NCBI GenBank assembly: GCA_050950645.1
Contig: JBMNHZ010000009.1
Location: 295,515 to 359,514, forward strand
Direction: 5' to 3'
Length of the DNA stretch: 64,000 nt
Source: Lutisporaceae bacterium
GTDB lineage: Bacteria; Bacillota; Clostridia; Lutisporales; Lutisporaceae
The notes beneath the pieces were generated by a model. That model was given only the letters and a program-made list of their open reading frames with translations, was not told the origin of the DNA and did not search any database. The translations under genes were made by a program, and so were the position numbers. Position 1 is the stretch's first letter; each line of letters begins with the position of its first letter. Below are positions 37,546 through 47,003 of this stretch, one piece after another.

Positions 37546-39075
37546 ATGAACAAAGTAATTATTACAGGGCAAAATCTGACGCTAGAAGAACTAGTAGCTG
37601 TTTCTAGGAATGATGTACAGGTTGAACTGTCTGAAGAAGCAAAGGAAAATATCTCTGAATCCAGAAAAGTTGTCGAAGACCTGGTTGAAAGCAATGCAGT
37701 CGTTTACGGCATCACGACCGGTTTTGGAAAATTTAGCGATGTTTCTATTTCTCAGGATGAATGCAAGAAACTCCAGAGGAATCTGATTATTACACATTCC
37801 GTTGGCGCAGGTGAACCTTTTTCGCGGGATGTCGTAAGAGGTATCATGCTTCTGAGGATAAACAGCCTTGCAAAGGGATTTTCGGGTGTCAGATTGGAAG
37901 TTGTTGAAACTTTAATTGCATTTCTGAATAAAGGCGTCACCCCGCAGATACCGCAACAGGGTTCATTGGGCGCAAGCGGCGATCTGACTCCTCTATCGCA
38001 TATGGTTCTGCCGATGATTGGTCTGGGCGAAGCAGAGTATAAAGGCACTGTAATGAGTGGTGCGGAGGCAATGGAAAGGGCTGGCATTCCGGTTATTGAA
38101 TTGGTTGCAAAAGAGGGCCTTGCCCTGATTAATGGTACACAAGCTATGACCTCTGTTGGAGCATTGACTCTATACGACGCATTAGAATTGCTAAAGGTTG
38201 CAGACATTGCAGCGGCACTCAGCTTTGAAGCAAATCATGGTGTTATTGACGCTCTTGATGAAAGAGTGCATGCCATCAGACCCCATGCTGGTCAAATGGA
38301 TACAGCAAAGCTGCTTGCCCGATTGCTTAAGAACAGCAGGAATGTTACCAAGCAGGGTGAAATTAGAGTGCAGGATGGCTATTCACTGCGTTGTGTCCCC
38401 CAGGTTCATGGTGCCAGCAAGGATATCATGGATTATGTTAAATCGAAAGTCGAAATTGAAATCAATTCAGTTACGGATAACCCCATTATATTTAAGGAAA
38501 CCAAAGAGGGTATTTCCGGCGGTAACTTCCATGGTCAACCGATGGCACTGTGCTTTGATTTTCTTGGAATTGCGCTGTCAGAACTTGCCAATATTTCTGA
38601 AAGACGGATTGAAAGAATGGTCAACCCGGCAATCGGAGGATTCCCTGCATTTCTGGTCAAAAATGGAGGTCTGAATTCCGGCTTTATGATTGTACAATAC
38701 TCTGCAGCCGCGCTTGTTTCTGAAAATAAGGTTTTGACACATCCTGCAAGTGTTGACAGCATTCCGTCTTCTGCAAATCAGGAAGACCATGTCAGCATGG
38801 GTACAATTGCCGCAAGAAAGGCGAAAGATATTATGAAGAATGTCAGACGTGTACTTGCTATGGAACTGATGTGTGCATGCCAGGCGATTGATCTTGGTGG
38901 AAACAAGGGACTCGGCGACGGCACAAAGAAGGCATACGATGTAATTAGAAATGTCTGTGCAACACTGGAAGAAGATCGTCCGCTATACGGTGACATTAAC
39001 CAGTGCGAAGCTACTATCGTTGATGGAAGCTTGATTGCAGCTGTTTTGAATGAGATCTCTGAGACGCAGTTCTAA
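37546..39075 (+). CDS. hutH: Histidine ammonia-lyase (MIO-dependent aromatic lyase family)
   Basis: 509 aa. YGITTGFGKF, the MIO-forming triad in GSLGASGDLTPLSH, and a HAL-type His in LQRNLIITHSVGAG. Confidence 0.8.
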   Translation: MNKVIITGQNLTLEELVAVSRNDVQVELSEEAKENISESRKVVEDLVESNAVVYGITTGFGKFSDVSISQDECKKLQRNLIITHSVGAGEPFSRDVVRGIMLLRINSLAKGFSGVRLEVVETLIAFLNKGVTPQIPQQGSLGASGDLTPLSHMVLPMIGLGEAEYKGTVMSGAEAMERAGIPVIELVAKEGLALINGTQAMTSVGALTLYDALELLKVADIAAALSFEANHGVIDALDERVHAIRPHAGQMDTAKLLARLLKNSRNVTKQGEIRVQDGYSLRCVPQVHGASKDIMDYVKSKVEIEINSVTDNPIIFKETKEGISGGNFHGQPMALCFDFLGIALSELANISERRIERMVNPAIGGFPAFLVKNGGLNSGFMIVQYSAAALVSENKVLTHPASVDSIPSSANQEDHVSMGTIAARKAKDIMKNVRRVLAMELMCACQAIDLGGNKGLGDGTKKAYDVIRNVCATLEEDRPLYGDINQCEATIVDGSLIAAVLNEISETQF

Positions 39076-39102
39076 ATTCTAATATTTAAAATACGATATA
39101 AG

Positions 39103-39143
39103 GAGTATGCTCATCATGTAATTGTGATGAGCATACTCTGTTT
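39103..39143 (+). terminator. Terminator after hutH
   Basis: 14-bp perfect stem gagtatgctcatca / tgatgagcatactc followed by tgttt. Confidence 0.6.
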
Positions 39144-39311
39144 AAATTGACGTATGTAACGGTCAAAATTCCGAATTCCGACATTTGGACAATGAACACT
39201 ATTGCGCTTGTATACTCGTGGGAAATAACTGAAAAATATTGTATTTGAATTGAAACATTTAGTATTACTGTGAAAGTGGAAGATTAAAAGTTAGTTCAGT
39301 TTGAAGATAAA

Positions 39312-39347
39312 CATGACTTTTCATAAGAAAGAAAGTCGTGTTTTTTC
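39312..39347 (+). terminator. Orphan terminator-like hairpin between the catabolic cassette and the Tad locus
   Basis: catgacttt-(loop)-aaagtcgtg (9 bp, one G-U) followed by tttttt. No ORF ends nearby. Confidence 0.4.
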
Positions 39348-39472
39348 ATTTGTATAATAAAACATACCAAATATCACATTATTATACAAATATTACAAAA
39401 TTATGCTACAATTTAACAAAATGAAGAAAAATATACAGAAAATGTAATTAATATAATATCAATGCTTGGGAG

Positions 39473-40015
39473 TTGATTGCAATAGCAATTAAGCTGATTA
39501 TAATTTCAATGCTTCTGCTGTTTGCACTGGTATCCGACCTGAGGACTTACAGCATTAAAAACTACATTACTTATGGTTTTATGCTGATAGGATTAACATT
39601 AAATTTCGCAATGGAAGGTTTAAGAGGACTGGCATTTTCACTTCAGGGCATAATAATTCCTGCTTTATTTCTATTTATCTTATATATTATGAGGATTATA
39701 GGAGCGGGGGATGTCAAACTTTTATGCGCTGTAGGGGCAGTAATGGGTGGGGTTTTTTCATTATATGCCGCAATATGCTCTTTCATCTGCGGAGGCTTTA
39801 TTGCTTCAAGCCTCATGCTGGCAAGAAATAATGCCTCAGAGAGATTTAATCATTTTATTCTGTATCTCACAAGCTGTTTTCTGACTATGAAAATTCTTCA
39901 ATATACAGACTTTGGGGACAGAAAGGATGGAGGAAAGTTTCACTTCTCATTAGCTATAGCATCAGGAACTATTGCAGCTGTAATTATTAAGAGTTTTGGA
40001 ATGTGGGGGGCATAA
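39473..40015 (+). CDS. Prepilin peptidase, A24 family (TadV/CpaA-like), copy 1
   Basis: Polytopic 180-aa protein with the two Asp motifs (VSDLRTYSIKN and IIGAGDVKLL). The TTG start is uncertain. Confidence 0.75.
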   Translation: MIAIAIKLIIISMLLLFALVSDLRTYSIKNYITYGFMLIGLTLNFAMEGLRGLAFSLQGIIIPALFLFILYIMRIIGAGDVKLLCAVGAVMGGVFSLYAAICSFICGGFIASSLMLARNNASERFNHFILYLTSCFLTMKILQYTDFGDRKDGGKFHFSLAIASGTIAAVIIKSFGMWGA

Positions 40016-40017
40016 AC

Positions 40018-41118
40018 ATGGCAAAACTGAACATAGTTATCGCAGAATGCGATGTGAATTATGCAAGGGGATTATTGGAATATATTAATTCAAATCATTT
40101 CTCATCCTTCATGGCCAGCTGTTTTACAAAGCTTGATTCCTTTGCCGCATATTTTGAGAAGCAACCTCCTGTAGATATTCTGATAATCAGTCCGGATTTC
40201 TATGATATTTCGGTCGAAGGTCTTGAAGTCAAGCTTAAGATAATACTATCAGACGGAGTTTTGAAACGTGAGTATCCCGGATATCAAGTAGTTAATAAAT
40301 ACAACACCGGAGATAAGCTGATCGGAGAGGTTTTGTATTTGTACTCCAAAACCAATAACCAAGAGATTAGACTAACATCCGGTTCAAAAAATACAGAGTT
40401 TGTAGGTGTATACTCTCCTGCAGGAGGCACAGGAAAATCTACAATAGCAGCGGCCTTAGCAACACAATGTATTGAATTGGGCATAAGATCATTTTATTTA
40501 AACTTGGAATCCATTCAATCCACCGGGGTATTTTTCAATTCATACAATAAAAGAAATCTTTCCTATGTTTTCTATTACCTTAAAGAAAAATGCCGGAATC
40601 TTTCTTTTAAAATGGACGGAATAAAATGCACCGAGGACGGAGTGGAATACTTTAATCCGCCCGAAAGCCCCATGGAGTATGAGGAGATTAACCCGGAAGA
40701 GTTGGAGCAGCTTCTGAAGGGGATTAAAGATATGGGATGCTATGATTATGTTTTTATTGATATGTACAGCAATTTTGATTTAAAGAATTATAAAATAATG
40801 GAATTATGTGACCGTATTGTTCTTGTTTCTCTGTATGAGCCAATTGCATCACATAAAAGAAAGATACTGTTTAACGAGCTTGCCAAGCTGTGTGATAGGG
40901 ATAAAGGTAGTATTTCTGATAAATTTATAATAGTAATAAACAAGCATAAGGGAAGAAATGATGAAGATATTGAAAACCTTGAAGAGAATATTCCCGCAGC
41001 CGTTAGGATTCCCGAGTTTTCAAATACATTAATAAGAGAAGATGGAAGGATTTTTAATGATGATGATAATTTCAGGAGAGCCATCAACCGGATTATTGAT
41101 ATAATATCATGCCGATGA
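40018..41118 (+). CDS. TadZ/CpaE-like pilus-assembly ATPase (pseudo-receiver N-domain + MinD/ParA-type domain)
   Basis: Deviant Walker A in VGVYSPAGGTGKSTIAAALA, with a receiver-like N-terminal third. ATG 40018 follows tgggggg. Confidence 0.7.
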   Translation: MAKLNIVIAECDVNYARGLLEYINSNHFSSFMASCFTKLDSFAAYFEKQPPVDILIISPDFYDISVEGLEVKLKIILSDGVLKREYPGYQVVNKYNTGDKLIGEVLYLYSKTNNQEIRLTSGSKNTEFVGVYSPAGGTGKSTIAAALATQCIELGIRSFYLNLESIQSTGVFFNSYNKRNLSYVFYYLKEKCRNLSFKMDGIKCTEDGVEYFNPPESPMEYEEINPEELEQLLKGIKDMGCYDYVFIDMYSNFDLKNYKIMELCDRIVLVSLYEPIASHKRKILFNELAKLCDRDKGSISDKFIIVINKHKGRNDEDIENLEENIPAAVRIPEFSNTLIREDGRIFNDDDNFRRAINRIIDIISCR

Positions 41119-41128
41119 GGTGGGATAA

Positions 41129-42367
41129 ATGGAAGACAGGGAGAAGAATCTGATAATAAATAATTTGAGGAAAGAAATAAGAGAAAGCCTGGACGTTAAA
41201 AGCCACATTACCGATGAAGATATAAATGAGTTGATAACCGACAAGGTTTTCGGGGAAGCCAGGCTTCGGCCTATGAGTATCAGAGAAAAGCAGGAGCTGA
41301 TAGCCCTGCTCTTCAATTCCATACGAAAACTTGATATACTGCAGCCGCTTATTGATGATAAGACTATAACCGAAATAATGGTGAACGGCGAGGAAAATAT
41401 TTTTATAGAAAAACAGGGAAGGACATATAGAATAGAAAATAGCTTTGAAAGCCGGCAAAAGCTTGAAGATGTCATACAATCAGTCGTTTCAAAGGTAAAC
41501 AGAGTCGTAAATGAAGCATCACCGATAGTGGATGCCAGACTGGAAGACGGGTCAAGAGTAAATGTGGTACTTCCTCCTATAGCTTTGAACGGACCTATAC
41601 TTACAATAAGAAAGTTTCCTGAAAAGCCTATATCGATGAAGGACCTGATTGAATGGGGATCCATTTCAAGTGAGGCTGCCGAAGTCCTGGAAAGGATGGT
41701 AAGAGCAAAATACAACATTTTCATATGTGGGGGTACCGGCTCGGGCAAAACCTCTTTTCTTAATGCTCTTTCAGATTTCATACCCCAGGATGAACGAATT
41801 GTTACAATTGAGGATCCGGCTGAATTACAAATAAAGCAAATAAAGAACATAGTTAAGCTGGAGACCAGAAACGCGAATACCGAAGGTAAAGGAGAAATCA
41901 CCATCAGGGATCTGATAAGGACATCTTTGAGAATGAGGCCTGAAAGAATCATCATAGGTGAGGTAAGAGGAGCTGAAGCCCTGGACATGCTTCAGGCAAT
42001 GAATACGGGACATGACGGTTCAATATCAACAGGCCATGGAAACTCCACCGCAGATATGCTGTCACGCTTGGAGACAATGGTGCTAAGCGGTTCGACGATG
42101 CCTTTGGAGGCTATAAGGCAGCAGATTTCTTCAGCTATTGATATTATAATACATCTTTCAAGATTCAGGGACAGGACGAGAAAGGTTGTGGAAATAGTGG
42201 AGGTTACAGACTGCAAAGAAGGAATAATAGGACTCAATCCCCTTTTTGAATTCAGGGAAAAAGACGGTTCAACACCGGAAAGGGTTGAAGGGTGCCTTGT
42301 AAGGACCGGTAATCCTGTAAAAAACCTGTCAAAGTTCAGAATGGCAGGGATAAATGAAGTTGTTTGA
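41129..42367 (+). CDS. tadA: Tad secretion ATPase (CpaF/TadA, T2SSE family)
   Basis: Walker A ICGGTGSGKTSFLNAL, Asp-box VTIEDPAEL, Walker B ERIIIGEVRGAEA, His-box NTGHDGSISTGHGNS. Confidence 0.9.
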   Translation: MEDREKNLIINNLRKEIRESLDVKSHITDEDINELITDKVFGEARLRPMSIREKQELIALLFNSIRKLDILQPLIDDKTITEIMVNGEENIFIEKQGRTYRIENSFESRQKLEDVIQSVVSKVNRVVNEASPIVDARLEDGSRVNVVLPPIALNGPILTIRKFPEKPISMKDLIEWGSISSEAAEVLERMVRAKYNIFICGGTGSGKTSFLNALSDFIPQDERIVTIEDPAELQIKQIKNIVKLETRNANTEGKGEITIRDLIRTSLRMRPERIIIGEVRGAEALDMLQAMNTGHDGSISTGHGNSTADMLSRLETMVLSGSTMPLEAIRQQISSAIDIIIHLSRFRDRTRKVVEIVEVTDCKEGIIGLNPLFEFREKDGSTPERVEGCLVRTGNPVKNLSKFRMAGINEVV

Positions 42368-42376
42368 GGTGATTAT

Positions 42377-43132
42377 ATGGCAGCATCTCCCATTGACTAC
42401 AATACATATGTGATGACATTAAGAGAAAAGGTTTTCTGCATTCTTGCGGCTTGCGCAGTTATATTTGCAGCAGGCTATATTTTCTACAGAAATGTTTTAC
42501 TCTCGTTGCTATTAATGCCATTTGCCCTTTTATATCCCAGAATCAAGACAAAGGAGATCATAAAAAAAAGAAAAAACGAGCTGAATTTGCAGTTCAGAGA
42601 AGCCCTCTATTCGCTGGCATCGTCATTATCCGTGGGAAAATCAATAGAAACGGCGATCAGGGATTCGCTTAAAGAGCTTTCCATACAGTATCCCGATGCT
42701 GATACATATATATTGATTGAACTTGAGCAAATAAACAGAAGAGTTGAGATGAATGAGACCATAGAGGAAGCCTTGATCGATTTTGCCCAAAGATCACATT
42801 TGGAGGACATAATAAACTTTGCCGATGTTTTTGCAATATGCAAGCGTACAGGAGGCAATCTTGTCCAGGTAATTAAGAATACCTCTGAGATAATTAGCGA
42901 GAAAATTGATACTAAACAGGAGATTAATCTTTTGCTTATGGAAAAAAGGCTGGAGCATAAAGTGCTTAATCTGATGCCAATTCTTATTGTAATCCTGCTG
43001 TCCTCCAGCGCTGAGGAATTTATGGCCCCGGTATTTTCAGAGCCTGCCGGAAGAGCGGCTATGACTTTTTCATTAGTACTTTTTGCTGCTGCATACTTTA
43101 TATCGAAAAAAATTATGGATATTGAGGTATGA
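42377..43132 (+). CDS. tadB: TadB-like inner-membrane platform protein (T2SSF family)
   Basis: 251 aa with TM segments flanking a cytoplasmic helical domain. Sits directly after the ATPase gene. Confidence 0.75.
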   Translation: MAASPIDYNTYVMTLREKVFCILAACAVIFAAGYIFYRNVLLSLLLMPFALLYPRIKTKEIIKKRKNELNLQFREALYSLASSLSVGKSIETAIRDSLKELSIQYPDADTYILIELEQINRRVEMNETIEEALIDFAQRSHLEDIINFADVFAICKRTGGNLVQVIKNTSEIISEKIDTKQEINLLLMEKRLEHKVLNLMPILIVILLSSSAEEFMAPVFSEPAGRAAMTFSLVLFAAAYFISKKIMDIEV

Positions 43133-43135
43133 CCT

Positions 43136-43999
43136 ATGCTGGCGATATTGATAATTGAAATTATGGTTTTTGGGTTTCTTTGTTTCTATGCAAAGGACAA
43201 ATATGAAGATTTCACAAGAGCACAGCGAAAAAAAGCGTGTATATCCATAACTATAATGCCTGCCGCTTTATTAATTGCAGACAAGCTTATTATTGGGCGA
43301 TTCATTGCTTATGAAAGGAAGATCAGTATAAAGCTTGCAGAACTTTATGGGGGCAGGGATGTCAAGCATATGCTCAAGCTTCATATTACTCATAAGGTAA
43401 TCCATTTGACTGCTGCTCTATTATCAGTCACTTTGCTTGGGGTATTAATGGACAAGCCTGGTATCGGCTATGCAGTGTTTGCTTTGTTAATACTTGTGAT
43501 TGTTTTTTATGCTTCAGACAGAAGGTTGGATGAAAGAATTAAGAAAAGAAATTTTAGTATCCGATATGATTTTCCTGATTTTCTTAATAGGATGGTTCTG
43601 CTTATTAATGCAGGAATGACTGTATTCCGAGCCTGGGAGAAGACTGTAAGAGACAGAAAGAATATGACTCCTCTCTATGAAGAACTGAGAATAACCTATA
43701 TTGAGATAAAGAATGGAAAACCTGAAATAGAAGCTTATGAGGACTTTGCGAGACGATGCAGAGTTAAGGAAATAACCAAGTTTGTTACTGCTGTTATACA
43801 GAACCTGAGAAAAGGCAGCAGTGATTTGGTCCCCTTACTGAAGCTTCAATCGAATGAATGCTGGCAGCTTAGGAAGAGTTTGGCAAAGAGGTTGGGGGAG
43901 GAGGCTTCGACCAAGCTGGTGCTTCCACTGATGATTATGTTTGTAGGAATACTGATTATTGTAATACTTCCTGCAGTAATGCAGTTAAAATACTTATAG
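43136..43999 (+). CDS. tadC: TadC-like inner-membrane platform protein (T2SSF family)
   Basis: 287 aa with the same architecture as the preceding gene. The start is 3 nt after the tadB stop. Confidence 0.75.
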   Translation: MLAILIIEIMVFGFLCFYAKDKYEDFTRAQRKKACISITIMPAALLIADKLIIGRFIAYERKISIKLAELYGGRDVKHMLKLHITHKVIHLTAALLSVTLLGVLMDKPGIGYAVFALLILVIVFYASDRRLDERIKKRNFSIRYDFPDFLNRMVLLINAGMTVFRAWEKTVRDRKNMTPLYEELRITYIEIKNGKPEIEAYEDFARRCRVKEITKFVTAVIQNLRKGSSDLVPLLKLQSNECWQLRKSLAKRLGEEASTKLVLPLMIMFVGILIIVILPAVMQLKYL

Positions 44000-44066
44000 A
44001 AGCGAGACCCGAAGCGCGCAGCCTGACCTGAAAGGATATCAAATATAAATTATGGGAGGTAGTAAA

Positions 44067-44279
44067 ATGTTAAAACAAATAAAGGGGCTTATATCAGAGG
44101 AGGAGGGCATAAGCACGGTTGAGATTGTGGTAATTATTGCAATTCTTGTAGGAATAGCATTACTCTTTAGAAAGTCGATAACTGCTTATGTGCAGAAGGT
44201 TATAAGTAATTTTATTGATACTGCTCCTACTGTCGAAAACTTGGAGGTTGATATGGAAGCACCTTTGCCGAAGGATTAA
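44067..44279 (+). CDS. flp: Flp-type type IVb prepilin
   Basis: 70 aa: short charged leader MLKQIKGLISEEEG, then ISTVEIVVIIAILVGIALLF (G|xxTVE Flp-like processing site followed by a hydrophobic helix). ATG 44067 follows gggaggt. Confidence 0.75.
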   Translation: MLKQIKGLISEEEGISTVEIVVIIAILVGIALLFRKSITAYVQKVISNFIDTAPTVENLEVDMEAPLPKD

Positions 44280-44294
44280 TACCTTGTAAGTGGA

Positions 44295-44957
44295 TTGTGG
44301 AGGTGGTGGTTTCTGGACAAGCATAAAAGTGAGAACGGAAGCTATACCGTTGAAGCTGTCATGGTGTTTGTGATTATTATGTTTGCAGTATTAGCACTGC
44401 TATTTTCTTTCCTGTACATGCAGCAAAAAACAAGCCTTGAAAGCATTGCCTCATTTGCTGCCCAGCAGGGGGCGGAAATATGGCCGGACAGTAGAAGAAA
44501 TATCGTGGATGAATTAATGATTTCAAGTATAACCTATGAAGGATACTTTGAAAAAGCGTCCTCCGGGGATGGTAAATCAGAAATGGTGTTAAGAATGGAT
44601 GTGGGGAATGATTTGTCGGGGCAAAAAGCTGCTCTGATAGGGGAAGCACTGAGTAAAAGAATTGAAAGTACGATTCTGAACCCTGAGAGCACAAGGGTAA
44701 AGATTACATTCAATAATAATTTCCTAAGGAGAAGTATCATAATTGAATTAAACCAGGAGATTAAAGTTCCTTTAGGCGGCTTAAAGGAATTTTTCGATGG
44801 CAAGGATACACTGGTTTTAAGCGCTCGATCCGCTGCAACAGTAACAGAGCCTGATGAATTTATCAGGAATGCCGATCTAATGGCAGAGTTATCAAAGAAG
44901 TTTGGGGAGAAGATTGATTTGAAGGATTTGGCAGACAGAATAAGTTCAAAGCAATGA
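44295..44957 (+). CDS. TadE/TadF-like pseudopilin
   Basis: N-terminus ...SENG|SYTVEAVMVFVIIMFAVLALLF resembles a TadE-type leader plus helix. The start codon (TTG 44295) is uncertain. Confidence 0.6.
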   Translation: MWRWWFLDKHKSENGSYTVEAVMVFVIIMFAVLALLFSFLYMQQKTSLESIASFAAQQGAEIWPDSRRNIVDELMISSITYEGYFEKASSGDGKSEMVLRMDVGNDLSGQKAALIGEALSKRIESTILNPESTRVKITFNNNFLRRSIIIELNQEIKVPLGGLKEFFDGKDTLVLSARSAATVTEPDEFIRNADLMAELSKKFGEKIDLKDLADRISSKQ

Positions 44958-44985
44958 AATTACCGATTATCAAGGAGAGAGGCGA

Positions 44986-46998
44986 ATGTACCAAAATAAC
45001 GGCTGCATAAAAAAAGAGAGAGGAGCAATTACTGTTTTTCTGGCACTTATTTTCATGTCTCTGATACTTTTTGCAGGAACAGTAATTGATATTGTAAGAA
45101 TTACTGCTGCAGACCGGAGGGTCCAAAGCGCCTTAAATACCTCAGCCAGGTCCGTATTGGCGGAATATGAAAGTGAGCTTATAGGCAATTATGGAATATA
45201 TGGGGTTAATGCTGCAGGAGCAAATGTAAAAGAAGATTTTTACAGATACATGAGTGTGAATCTAAAGGAACGGCATGAGAACATAAACTTTATAGAAATT
45301 GACATAGATTTTGAAGATATTCAAATACAAGGTATGGACAGCCTGCTGAAGCATGAGGCATTTAAGAGGCAGGTGCAGGAATACATGAAGTACAGAACAC
45401 CGATTAAATCGGCTGATACTCTGATTGAGCAGCTGCAGAATATTAAACTGGATAAGAAGATTAATTTTATAAATAGTGAGAAGATAACCAGGGATAAGGC
45501 AAGAGAGCTGAGAGCAAAGGTAAATGAGGCAAATTCAAAGCTTACAGCCATTAAAAAAAAGCTCACAAATTTAAGTGCAAAAAAACTTGAGGATTTAAGG
45601 AATGAGCTTTTAGAAGCTTTGGAAATCAATCGCTCGATTTACGACGGGAATAATAAAGGCCTTCTGGTTGATTATATTCAAAGCAGGGATGATACAAATG
45701 TTAAGGCTAAAAAAGGCGAATTCATCGGAAATCAGTCCCGGGAGTTTGCCGGCATAATGGGAAACAGCGAAAATATTGCTCCCGGGATTCAAAGATATTT
45801 AGAGGAGATAAATAAAACACTCCTGAAGGTAAAACCGCTTCAGAAGGAACTCGATATTATGAAAGAAAGCCTTGAAAGCCTGAGGGAGGAGATGGATAAA
45901 TTAAATGATGACGAAATAAATGAAGTCAGAGACGATATTGATAAGGTTAAAGATAAAATCATGCAGCTTGAATCACAAATTGATGAGGAAATATCAGGGT
46001 TGAAAGTGAAGCTTGGAGAGACTGCTCTTGAGGGTTATTTCCTGGAGCCGGAGATTGTGGAAATCGACAAAAAGGCGGAGGATCTGAAAGAATTTATTGG
46101 CAAGACAAAGGAAGACATTGAGAAAGCATTGCTTAGGAAACTTGAAAAGGATTGGCTGATAGCCCCTGAAGAATTTGAAGACAGCAGTATTATTACTGGC
46201 GATAACCTTGAAGAAATGGATGAAAATGCATATTTCAGCTTATCAATTCAGGAGGAAGAAGCTGAGAAAAGAAATAATGAAATAGTAAATATAGCGGAGA
46301 GACTTTCGGATGCAGTTAAAGATACTGCTTCAAGTGCATTGGAGAAGATAAATACCATTGAATATGTGATGGACAAGTATACCTTCCTGACCTCCAGGAC
46401 AAAAAGGAATCATTTCTTCAACAAGGGTGAAGTGGAGTACATTATCAGCGGGCCGGATATTAATGAAGAATACAGCCAAATAAAGAATACTGAGTATTAT
46501 ATAGTGACAAAGGTGCTGCTTCAGGTTTGGGCATTGAGATTTGCATTAAATACGATAGATGCTTTTATCACAAGCACTGTAGTATTTCCTCCCCAAAGAC
46601 TTGCTTTTGCTCTTGCTGAAGGTGCACTGGACTCAAGTCTCGATATGTTTAATTTGCTTAATGGCGAGTCTGTGCCAATATGTCCGAAGAGCTTTACGGC
46701 AATTAAACTAAAGTATTCGGATCACTTAAGAATTCTGCTTTTGATGAAGCCTGAGGAAGAAATCCTGAGAAAGGCGAGACAGCTTATACAAGTAAATATT
46801 AAGCAGGTTATAGATGCGGAGACAGGGCTTCCAAGGTCGGATTTCAGATTAGGAGATTATAGTACTGTTATCTTTGCCTCTGTAAAGGCAAAGGTAAACC
46901 TTTTCTTTCTTCCTCTTTTGAAGGTTGACAGGCTGCTGCCCGGCAGCTTTGAAAACGGAAGGTATATAATACGAAAACAAATATATGTTGGCTATTAG
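44986..46998 (+). CDS. Large TadG-like pilus-associated protein with a long central coiled coil
   Basis: 670 aa. N-terminus KKERG|AITVFLALIFMSLILFAGTVIDIVRITAADRRVQSALN (Tad N-terminal domain pattern), an approximately 300-aa K/E/L-rich helical middle, and a hydrophobic C-terminal region. Confidence 0.65.
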   Translation: MYQNNGCIKKERGAITVFLALIFMSLILFAGTVIDIVRITAADRRVQSALNTSARSVLAEYESELIGNYGIYGVNAAGANVKEDFYRYMSVNLKERHENINFIEIDIDFEDIQIQGMDSLLKHEAFKRQVQEYMKYRTPIKSADTLIEQLQNIKLDKKINFINSEKITRDKARELRAKVNEANSKLTAIKKKLTNLSAKKLEDLRNELLEALEINRSIYDGNNKGLLVDYIQSRDDTNVKAKKGEFIGNQSREFAGIMGNSENIAPGIQRYLEEINKTLLKVKPLQKELDIMKESLESLREEMDKLNDDEINEVRDDIDKVKDKIMQLESQIDEEISGLKVKLGETALEGYFLEPEIVEIDKKAEDLKEFIGKTKEDIEKALLRKLEKDWLIAPEEFEDSSIITGDNLEEMDENAYFSLSIQEEEAEKRNNEIVNIAERLSDAVKDTASSALEKINTIEYVMDKYTFLTSRTKRNHFFNKGEVEYIISGPDINEEYSQIKNTEYYIVTKVLLQVWALRFALNTIDAFITSTVVFPPQRLAFALAEGALDSSLDMFNLLNGESVPICPKSFTAIKLKYSDHLRILLLMKPEEEILRKARQLIQVNIKQVIDAETGLPRSDFRLGDYSTVIFASVKAKVNLFFLPLLKVDRLLPGSFENGRYIIRKQIYVGY

Positions 46999-47003
46999 GG
47001 TGG

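Noticed and set aside
41107-41988. 293-aa minus-strand ORF across tadA
   Set aside because: It is antisense to a gene with all secretion-ATPase motifs. The product is Ser/Leu/Ile-rich low complexity, typical of the reverse frame of an AT-rich gene. The same reasoning applies to the other long antisense ORFs in ptsI, tuf, hutH, rpoB and rpoC.
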